64,000 nucleotides of DNA. Origin: Octopus sinensis (lineage: Eukaryota). The notes under the pieces were generated by a model. That model was given only the letters and a program-made list of their open reading frames with translations, was not told where the DNA came from and did no database searches. Location: contig NC_043006.1 in assembly GCF_006345805.1 (NCBI RefSeq), positions 79,236,001-79,300,000 of the forward strand, in the 5' to 3' direction. Positions 26,401 to 38,200 of the stretch are shown here, one piece after another. Every line of letters begins with the position of its first letter. Position 1 is the first letter of the stretch. The position numbers were made by a program, and so were the translations under genes.

Positions 26401-27321
26401 CAATTTTGTCGGTGGCCCTCCCATTTGATAGGGGCAGAAGACAGTGCAACCTTTGTGTCTCCGAACTCTGCCATATTTTGTTTGCCAGAGGCCGGATGGT
26501 AAACGGGATCTTACAGTCGGCTTTTCGATGCCCCCATTGGCGGCGTTACACTTATCTGGCCTTTAAATAGCGTTTATAAATAATACCGGCACCCATAGCC
26601 CTTGGTAACAAATTCTGAAATAGCCTTTAAGATATCTACGATTAACCACTGCAAGGGGAATTACTCCTGTAAGACAAACGGGGCTTGGTTTTTTCACAGC
26701 GGGGGGTTTCCTTGACAAGGCAGGCTTAGATGAACACACACACACATAAAACATAATATATATATATTTTTTTTTTTTTTTTTCTTTCTGCCACCCAACG
26801 GTTATCACGGCAGTAGCCACTGACAGCCGAACGATCAAACGCACACACGTACACAAAAAATGTTTTCTACCCCTACGCCAACAACACACATATATAGAAC
26901 AGTATACACACACACACGTCTCTAAGTAGATTTTTTCTCGCCCCTCATAAAACATCCAATATTCCTTAAATAGTCAGAACTTTATTCTCGGTCACAAAGA
27001 ACATCTATACACCCTCACCCACATGATTGACCGATGCCTGACCCGTTGAATTCTTCAGCCACCGGTTCTCAACATACAATGATAAACAGTTTTGCCATGG
27101 GCTCTTAGGAGCACAGTTCGATTTGTTTTTTGCTCCGCCTCTGTTCTGTTTTTGTTTTTCCAACGGATTTCCTTTTTTCTTCCTGAAGAGAAAGACACAA
27201 TATGGTCCCATTATTCAATCGGATTTTGGTAATTTGTGCCTTTCGAAACACGTGTAGAATGAAATAAAACGATTTCTGTTCAATCTGCGTTCAGCTCCAT
27301 TTCTTCAATTCACCAATAATG

Positions 27322-27369
<48 letters not shown>

Positions 27370-27515
27370 GCATCCAGCTGTAGAAACTCTGCCAGATCGA
27401 GATTGGAGCCTGGTGCAGCCATCTGGTTCACCAGCCCTCAGTCAAATCATCCAACCCATGTTAGCATGGAAAGCAGACGTTAAAAAATGATGATGATGAG
27501 ATATATATATATATA

Positions 27516-27566
<51 letters not shown>

Positions 27567-28570
27567 TCATCATCATCCCCATCATTATTTGACATCCGTT
27601 TTCCATGATGGCATGAGTTGGACAGTTTGGCAGCTGTCCAAACTCCAATTGTCCGTTGTGGTATGGTTTCTACGGCTGAATGTCCTTCCTAACGCCAACC
27701 ACTTTACAGAGTGTGCTCTCAACACACTACTGGCATGGGTGCCTTTACACAGCACCAGCACAAGTACATTTTATGTGTCACCAGCAGCTGTAAAGGACAA
27801 GCCTAAATGTATGAATGACAGCAATTTAACTAGACATGCCAAGTAGATATGTGTGTGTGTGTGCGCATGCGCATGTATTCTTTTCTTTTTCTTTTATTCT
27901 TTTCAGTCATTTACTGTGGCCATGCTGGAGCACCACCTTTAGTTGAGCAAACTGACCCAAGGACTTCTTTGTAAGCCTAGCACTTGTTCTATTGGTATCT
28001 TTTGCCAAACTGCTAAGTTATAGGGACATAAACACACTGGCATCAGTTGTCAAGCGATGTTGCGGGGACAAACACAGACACACAATGTATATATATATAT
28101 ATATATATACACGACAGGCTTCTTTCAGTTTCTGTCTACCAAAATCCACTCACAAGGCTTTCATAGGCCCAAGGCTATAGTAGAAGACACTTGCCCAAAG
28201 TGCCATGCAGTGGGACTGAACTTGGAACCATGTGGTTGGTAAGCAAGATACTTACCACACAGCCACTCCTGCGCCTGTATATATAATCATCATCATCGTT
28301 TAATGTCCATCTTCCATGTTGGCATGGGTTGGACGGTTTGTCAGGAGCCAGCCAGGCAGAAAACTGCACCAAGCTCCTGTGTCTGTTTTGGCATAGTCTA
28401 TAGTGCTGGATACCCTTCCTAACACCAACCACCCAGCAGAGTGGACTGAGTGCATTTTACATGGCACAAGCACAGGTGGAATCAGTTTTGGTATGGTCTT
28501 TACAGCTGCATGCCCTTCCAAATGCCAACCACTTTACAGTGCCGACTGGATGCTTTTTATATGGCACCAG

Positions 28571-28634
<64 letters not shown>

Positions 28635-28732
28635 ATATAGATAGATAGATATATATAGATATACACACACATATATATATATACACACACACACATATAT
28701 ATACACACGTGCATACACACACACATGCGCAT

Positions 28733-28779
<47 letters not shown>

Positions 28780-30468
28780 TTTCAGTTTCTCTCAATGAAA
28801 TCCACACACAAGGCTTTGGCTGCCACAGAGCTAAACCACCACCCTGCCCCACATCATGTATTTTCACTTTCCACAAACGGCCAAAACTAAAACGCAAATA
28901 TAAAAGAAAATTAAGAATCGTTTACCATTCCTTTTCTTCTACACAGTTGTTAGCTTGTATATACAGGGCTCTTTCAGGTTGTACTACTTGAAACATCTAG
29001 AAGAAACAATAATAAAGGGATTAAAACAAAAAAACATGGGATAGAGAGTGGGGTAAAGGTTATGTAAGCTTATGAGCAAAAATTCTTTTACTTGTTACAG
29101 ACACTAGTCTGTAGTCATGCTGGAGCATTGCAATGAAGAGTGTAGTCAGGCAAATGGATTCTCTTCCTATCTTAAGACTGGCACTAATTCCATTGGTGAA
29201 GTGCTATGTTACAGGGATGTAAATAAACCAACACCAGTTGTTAAGTAGTAAGTGGGATGGAAAATAAAAACAAAGATGGGAGCACACACACACATGACCA
29301 GCTTCCAGACAGTTTCTTCCATGTCTCAGATTCACTCACGAAGCTTTGGTAAGCCCATGGCTATAGTAGAAGATACTTGCCTAAGGTGCTTACACATGCT
29401 GTATGGAAAAGATGAAAGGCAAAGTTGACCTCAGTGGAATTTGAACTCAGAACGTAATGGCAGACAAAATACCGCTAAGCATTTCACCTGGCGCGTTAAC
29501 GTTTCTGCCAGCTCGCCGCCTTTCATCATTCTTTAACACTTATTTTCCATGCTGTCATGGATGGATTGGACAGTTTGACAGGAGCTGAGAAACCAGAAAA
29601 TTATGCCAAGCTCCAAAGTCTGCATTGGCATGGAGGCCCTTCCTAATACCAGCCACTTCCAGAGTGTATGGGGTGGGGGATTTTTTGTGGTACTAGCCTA
29701 AGTGAGGTCATTGAGTAACTCACAAGACAAGACTGCCCTCAACTGGGGGAGGGGGGTAATGCCAGGTGACGAGAGATTCAAGTTTGATAGAGAGATAATT
29801 ACAGGTATGTTGCAGAGAAGGAGATACACGCCTATCCCAGTTAGAAAAGAAGAACATGGTGCAGAGATATCAGGGTGAATGTTCAAATTACAAAAAGGTG
29901 AACACTAGAAAATCAACGGAACAACAACAACAACGACAACAGCAGCTGCATATCATCACAATGATAATTTGTATTGGAAAAAATAGGGAGATTTCAAGGT
30001 ACTCACATATTTCATTTTGAATGACTCCTCTTGTAACCGTTCCACAGCCCATATGTTATGAATAGGAATTTCACACAGAACTTCATCACCTGAATAAAAA
30101 AAAAAAAGAAAGGAAGGAAGAAAGAAAAATGAATCAAAGCTGTAGACAATGTCTCATTAGATACTGCAGAGAGACTCTCTTATTGTTATAGTTATGTTTG
30201 GGGGTGGTCATATTTTTGCCAATTCATCTCATGTACTTTTTGTTATTTTTATTAAAAAATTAGTACTCTTTTACTTGTTTTAGTCATTTGACTGTGGCCA
30301 TGCTGGAGCACCGCCTTTTAGTCGAGCAAATCAACCCCAGGACTTATTCTTTGTAAGCCTAGTAATTATTCTATCGGTCACTTTTGCTGAACCGCTAGGA
30401 GACGGGGATGTAAACACACCAGCATCGATTGTCAAGCGATGTTGGGGGGAACAAACACAGACACACAA

Positions 30469-30503
<35 letters not shown>

Positions 30504-33500
30504 GCCTTGTGAGTGGATTTGGTAGACGGAAACTGAAAGAAGCCAGTCATATATATGTGTATATATCATCAAAAAAATGATGATATATACACATATATAC
30601 AACTGGCTTCTTTCAGTTTCCGTCTACCAAATCCACTCACAAGGCTTTGGTCATCCCGACGCTATAGTAGAAGACACTTGCCCAAGGTGCCATGCAGTAT
30701 GAAATAAATTTTTAACTCTAGTACTTATAATCTCCTCTCAAATGGAAAAAAGACTGGAAAAAAGCAGCACTACTATTTTACTCTTTTACTTGTTTGAAAC
30801 ATAGGACCGCAGCCATGATGGAACACTGTCTTGAAGAATTAGTCAAACAAATCAACCTCACGACTTATTTTAAGACGGGTACTTAATTTATCGGTTTCTT
30901 TTGCCAAAGCACTAAGTTACTAAGATTTACAAAAAAAAACAAAAAACAACACTGGTTGTCAAGTGGTGGATACAAACACAAAGACAAATAAACACATAGA
31001 TATATAGTTTGAATTTACCTTAAGGCTATGAAAGTGACCAGGAATAGGATACCCAATGATAGTCAGAAACCTATCAAAATGTAGTGTAAATGTAAGCAGT
31101 ACTGTCTTAAGGCATGAGCATACTGGGCTTCGGCCCAGGGGCCACACAGGCCCAATTATGATATATGTATACTGTGAATAAATAAATATTATGTATCCAG
31201 TCCACTGATTTACCCAGGAACCAAAAATAGTGCGAAGACAGCCCTGGATTTAAGTAGATGTATATACAAGAAAGAAAACAGTGGCATCTGTAAAAATTAG
31301 GTCTATTGTCTGGGAAATTATAATTGTGGAAACAATAATTTGTATCAGTCAGGTAGATGTTTAATTAAAAACTCATTAGTGTCACTAAAGTACAGAGGAA
31401 TATCTAAGGTACTTTAATTTAGTTTCACAAATAGATCCTTCATTTAATTGCTTTTTAAATTACACCAAATAGCTCTCTATGATTAGTTTTCAGTATTTCT
31501 CTAATACTGTCTTCAGAAATTATAATTCTCTAATACTTAAAAGAAACATAACTTTAAAACTATTTAAGTAAGTAAATGTGGTGTCCTTTGGCTAAGGCTG
31601 TAAAAACAAGGGAGATAACTATCCCCTCAAAACCGTGGAAGATGAGACATTTTGAATTAGAAATTAAGGAATATGAGGAAGAAAATGCATATTTAAGTAA
31701 GGACTTACCTTTTTCTCGAGAGTAGAATAGACTTTGATTTGTTAAACAGAGATAACGACGTTTGAAGTTCTTGACACCAAAAATACCACGTCCTTGGGCC
31801 CTTTTTATCATCATACTTTTAACATGAAACAAGAAAAACACTTTATTAGCTGGATAAAAACACCGAGAAATATGCTGTTATGAAAGAAAAGACAAAATGT
31901 TGACTGTCTGATGGTTTGGGTCCCATTGTTCTAGAAATCAATGAAGCTGATCACTCCTAGATGGATACTTCTGGTCATCTGTCCATTTTCTCTGCCCAAT
32001 TTTTCCTGGGAGAGTGATGATGGTAGAGTCCTCGGGTGCCTCCTCCCATCGTTAAACTTTCCGGTTGATTCCCAAGCGTAACCAACTGAGATTATGGATA
32101 TTATCCAACCATCTCATTCTTGGTCGACCCCTAAGTCTCCTCCCAGTTGGCTTGGCTTCAAGAATCCACCGTGTGATTCTTTCCTGAGACATTCTAACCA
32201 CACATGTCCACTGTACCAGAAGTTGTGACCTTCTCAACTCTGAAAAGTTGACTTGATTAATTTACAACTAAAACCATTATAACATTATTGAATGTGTTTT
32301 GCAACAAAAAAGTGAAGTAATAGAAGCAGTGAATAAAATATCAACAGTGGAGTCCCTCACAGCAACAAATATAAGATGACTGTCAGCAGTACACTGGACA
32401 TGCACCAGGAATGAGACAAGTGATGAAACAAACGGGCGTGGCTGTTTGAATGCTGACAATTTGGCCCACATGACTGGACATTCAGCCTGTTTTGGCAACA
32501 GTATATTTTGGCACCAGAGACAAATACACAAACACAAATGCAAAGAAATACACACATACAAATAGAAAGGGTGACAGGGAGAGAAAGACATTATACACGT
32601 ATACAAACATGACTAGATGCTCACATATGTAAACGGTGATGCCAAATAGATGGCACCAAAGCAGTTGTGCCAAAAAGGTCCCAGCCACTTAAGTACTGTA
32701 CATCTCCATCTGGCTGGCCAGTACTGCATTGAGATACCCTACCCAGTACCTCCTCCAGTATTTTTTTTTTTTTTGCATAAGAGGAAGGGGGAGGGGAATG
32801 AGGAGGGGGAGAAGGAGGGAAGCTGAGGAAGAGGGGGAGGAGGAAGAGGAAGATGAGAGAGAGGAGGAGGGGTGGCAATGTGAATATAACTGGTAACTCA
32901 CCCTTCCTTCAATATTGTTGGAGCTTCAATGTCTCTTATTGATACTCTTGATCCAGAAGATATAATGTCCAAGAACTGAAAAATTTAAGACAAACAAATC
33001 TAGGAACTGCATCAGAAATGTATCTCACAAGTATTAGGAGCATACACACAGACATACACTTCACACTACACTCACAAAACACAAACACAATGAACATCTG
33101 CTTTCCATGCTGGCATAAGTTAGACAGTTTGACTGGAAACTGGAGGGCTGCACCATGTTCTAGTCTGATTTGGCACGGTTTCTACAGTTGGATGCCCTTC
33201 CTAATGCTGACCACTCCAAGAGTGTATTGGGTGCTATTCTATGTGCCACTTACATGACACTGGCAACAGCCATAACTAACTACAATTTCACTTGGCTTGA
33301 TAAGTCTTCTCAAGCACGGTATATCACCAAAGGTCTCAGTCACTTGTCATTGCTTAGTATTGGGAAGTGAAGTGAGTGAACGAGTGTGTGTGTGTGTGCG
33401 AGTGTGTGAGTGAGAGCGTGGGTGTGTGTGTGTTTGTGTTGTATGTAATTTCCAACCACATGGGTAAGTTTCTTCTACTACAGCTTTGGGCCGACAAAAA

Positions 33501-35200
33501 GCTTTGTGAGTGGATTTGGTTGACAGAAACTGAAAGTCTGTCGCACATGCGTGTGCGTGAGAGTGGTTAAAAGAAGACTGACACACAATGATTTAGAAGA
33601 GGAAATACCCTAACACTCATACTGCATGTAAGCACCAGAACATTGAAGACAAACACCAAAGAAATTCACCTGACATAAAAACCATAAATGCAGGGCATTA
33701 ATGTAGAAGAATTGTTACCTTTTTAACACTGTCAATATGCTTCTCTCCAGACAAATATTGAAAAAGAGGAACCATGTAATCTTCCTTGAGCCCAAAGGAA
33801 TGCTAAAATAAAACAGAAGGGGAAAAAATGTATATAAACCTTTAGCAATTAAACCTAACTCAATTACATCAACCCCCAGTGGTCATCTGGTACTTATTTT
33901 ATTGACCCTAAAAGGATGAAAGGTAAAGTCGACCTTGGCAGCATTTGAACTCAGAATGTACAGATAGACAGAATGCCACAAATCAATTTTTTTGCCTGTG
34001 TGCACACAATTCTGCAAGCTTGCCACCTCCTTACTCTAGTAAATATTAGTACATATACTGTTCAGACAACAACATCAACATCAACATCATCATCATCATC
34101 ATCATCACCATCACCGTCATCATCACCATCACCATCATCATCATTTAGCGTCTGCTTTCCGTGCAGGCATAGATCAGATGATTTGACCGGAACTAGTAAA
34201 CCAGACAGCTGCACAAGATTCCAGTCTGATTTGACATGCTTTCTACAGCTGAATGCCCTTCCTAATGCCAACCATTCCAAGAGCGTAATGGATGCTTTTT
34301 ATGTGACGCTGGCACAAGTGCTTTTATGCACCACCAGTACAGGTGCCAGTTTTCCGTGAGACCCAACGTTTGACAAACATACTGCTCAGACCTCATCATC
34401 ATCATCATCATCATCATCACTATTTTACATCTGTTTTCCATGCTGATATGGGTTGGATGGTTTAACTGGGGTCTGGGAAGCCAGGAGGTGCACCAGGCCC
34501 CAATCTGATCTGGCAGTGTTTCTACAGCTGGATGCCCTTCCTAACGCCAACCATTCCGAGTGTGTAGTGGTTGCTTTTTACATGGCACCGGCACAAGGAG
34601 CCGGAGGAACTGGCATCGACCACGTTTGGATGGGTGCTTTTTACATGCTACCGGCACAAGGCCCACAACTACAATTTCCATTTCATTTGAATTTGATACT
34701 GGTGATGTTGATGTACTTGACTCGGCATCGGCCACATTCGGATGCTGCTTTTTACTTGCTACCAGCATGGGGCTCACAACTACAATTTCTATTTGTTTTG
34801 CTCCTCCTATACAAAAATGAAAGGTAAAGTAAGTAATATAAGACCAAAAACATTACTAACTGAACGAGAACTGACTAGATTTCCAAGTCCCTGTATTGAT
34901 TTAGAGATGAGAGTTAAGGCTCGGTTGGTCATTGCATCCTGAATAAAAAAGAAGAAAGAAAGAAAGAAATAATGAAAACAGTATGATACAAAAGTTCTGA
35001 ATGTTGGTATGTTTAGATGGTCTAGATATACAATGAGACAAATGTAATAAATAAGTATTGTTCACAAGTACATATACTACATGGCAATTTGGGCAAGTGT
35101 CTTCTACTATAGCCTCGGGCCGACCAAAGCCTTGTGAGTAGATTTGGTAGACGGAAACTGAAAGAAGACCGTCATATATATGTATGTATATATATATATG

Positions 35201-35269
<69 letters not shown>

Positions 35270-38200
35270 GTGTGTATATGTTTGTGTGTCTGTTTTTGTC
35301 CCCCCCCCCCACATCGCTTGACAACCGATGCTGGTGTGTTTAAGTCCCTGCAACTTAACGGTTCGGCAAAAGTGACCGATGGAATAAGTACTAGGCTTAC
35401 AAAGAATAAGTCCTGGGGGTCGATTTGCTCGACTAAAAGGCGGTGCTCCAGCATAGCCACAATCAATTGACTGAAACAAGGGATGGGGAGGGGAGGAGGG
35501 GAGGAGGGGAGAAGGAGGAGGAGGAGTTTTCTTCAAATTTAGTAATCTCATCCAAATGCTTGAATATATAATGAATATATAAGTGCATGGCTCAGTGGGT
35601 AGAGCATTGAGCACACAATTATGAGATAGTGAGTTTGTGTAAACATGAGCTGCAACATCACTGGTGCCAAACTGTATCGGCATGGAGCAGGGAGACTGGT
35701 ATGCATGGTTGACTGCTGGTCTTCCATAAACAACCTTAACTGGACTTGTGCCTGGGAGGGTAACTTTCTAAGTGCAATCTCATTGTCATTCATGACCAAA
35801 GGGAGTCTTTACCCCTTATAATGAAACACCTGGAATTGATCTGAACCAGATATCTAAATACAGGTGACCTAATACCTTAACCATTCAACCATTTTATCAA
35901 GATGTACTTTTGTGAGAAAAAAAAATGTTGTAAGTTAATTAGAGACTTACCTGCATGTTGGTTCGTAATTCAAAAAGCTTTGGACCTAAAATTGCTGGGG
36001 CAAAAAACCGAAGGAAGACAAAACCACTTACAACTTGATATCGAACTTCTCGGTTATCTGGAAAAAAAATAATGTAAGATAAATATAATTTAATCAATAA
36101 AACAGAATTGAATTTTGGTAAAAAAAATTTTCAAGATCAATACTTCAAAAAATGCTTTCAATACGATCAATATTTTCTTTTAAAATATTTGGGTTGGCTT
36201 AAGTGCTGAAAGTACAAGGGGAAATCTGGCCCCTTTACAGTATTCTGTTTTTGAATGTTGCATCTAGGGTTCTGTATGATATTTCTTTTGTAAAGAAGAC
36301 ACGGAAATATCAACCTCTCCCAATCAGTTTTTTAATATAGAACAAGCCTAGCAAAACCTTACCTAAAAGCCTGAGTATCATATCATTATAAGTATTTAAT
36401 GTCCAGGAGTTATACAATTGTCCTACAGTGTCTGCTTTTGGATGGTTTCTAAAGCTGAATGCTCTTTCAAACACCAACCACTTAATAGCAATTTTGTTTT
36501 ATGTGCCATCAATACCAGTGAGGTTGTCATAGAGCTTGCAAGACTACAACCTCCAAGAAAGAGGTAGTTTTATGCAAGGAAATGAGAGGTACAAATGCAA
36601 GAGAAGGGGCCAGAAAACCAAGGCATGACATCCATATAGATTATACTACAGTGGACACCCAACTAAATATAATAGATGCTCGTGAAATTAATGTTCCAAG
36701 GCCTGTAACTAATGAACCAATTGTCATCTATGAACTGGTATGGGTAGGAAACAAGTACCATGTTTTCAGTCATTGTTTTAAGATGTTCTACAGGGTCAAA
36801 GAAGGCATATGGCTCAGTGGTTAAAGCATCAAGCTCATAATCATGAGGTAGTAAGATCGAATTACAAGACAAAGCTGTGCATTGTGTTCTTGAACAAGGC
36901 ACTTTGTTTCACATTGCTCCAGTTGACTCAGCTGTAGAAACGAGTTGCGACGTCACTGGTTCCAAGCTGTATCGGTCTTTGCCTGTCCCTTGGATAACAT
37001 CGGTAGTGTGAAAAGGGGAGGCTGATGCTGATATGCATGGGCAATTGTTGGTCTTCCATAAGCAACTTTGCACGGCCTTGTACCTTGGGTGGGAACTTTC
37101 TAGGTACAATCCCATGGTCATTCATGACCAACAGGGTTCTTTACCCTTTTACTCTTTTACTCTTTACTAGGTCAAAGACTAAGAAAGTCAAGAGAGTGTC
37201 TATATCTACTCATGACTATATAGGGACCTAAAACAATTAGCAAAAGCAAAAGGTACATGTTACTAAATATACCTGCTTACAAGTGATGCTGATGAATGAT
37301 TTTTTTTTTTGGTTTTTTCTTAAATATACATATGTAAATCTTCATGCCCAGTCACTCCTGACTTTTCATAGTTCAACTACTGTTCCAACTATGACCTTCC
37401 CTTCTTTTTAAGAGACAGTGTGTATCCAGGAGTGCACTAACCAGTTTGTCCTGGCAGGAAATGGTGTGAAGAAAATTTGGCAGCTAATTCTATAAAAATG
37501 TACAGCCACTTATAGAAACACATTTTTAAATGTATTTCACTTGAAATATATCTGTTTTCAAAGATGAATAAGCATCGACAGCTAACAGGCCATGCTACTC
37601 AAAACTGATGATGAGCAATGACTCTGAAACTTGTCTCTGGATGCTGGCTTTGCTGGGTGGAGGTGTTTATCTCCCCCTTTGAAAACACAGAAAATGTGTC
37701 AAAGCCAACTGGAAACAGTCTTTCCTAGGGCTAAATAGCAGTAGCATTCTTCCCTTTCATGGGACTGCCACATTAAGATGGCAACATAACATCACCTTAT
37801 TTTAAAATTTGTATTTTAATTATTATTTTTTAATCATCATCACCATGCTTTTAGCATGGCTCCTACTGCTGAATGCCCTTCCTAATGCCACAAAAAAAAG
37901 GCATCCAGTACACTGAGGCGGCAGAAGTGTATTTTAAGTCTTGATATTGGGATGGATTTTAAAAATTTGGATATTTACAAATAATTTCAGGGCACAGGAG
38001 TGGCTGTGTGGTAAGTAGCTTGCTTACCAACAACATGGTTCTGGGTTCAGTCCCACTGCATGGCACCTTGGGCAAGTGTCTTCTAACATAGCCAGGTGCC
38101 AACCAAAGCCTTGTGAGTGGATTTGGTAGACAGAAACTGAAAGAAGCCCATCGTACATATATATATATATGTATGTATGTGTATATGTTTGTTGTATCTG

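Larger units (their letters stand above)
21144..27323 (-). mobile_element. Penelope-like retroelement (Naiad/Chlamys-type), partial tandem with inverted 5' arm
   Basis: RT + GIY-YIG ORF (24745-22053), direct pLTRs 21144-21639 and 24781-25281, inverted arm 25280-27323, hammerheads in pLTRs, CpG-rich relative to flanks, (AT)n at both ends. Confidence 0.93.

Noticed and set aside
25617-26570. 317-aa plus-strand ORF as an independent gene
   Set aside because: It is the inverted duplicate of the PLE endonuclease half, with no promoter or RT of its own.
21299-27323. Inverted arm as a pure fold-back read artefact
   Set aside because: Not favoured: the arms differ at several sites, the junction has microhomology to the pLTR, both outer flanks are different sequences, and such structures are known for PLEs. 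Read-level confirmation is still advisable.
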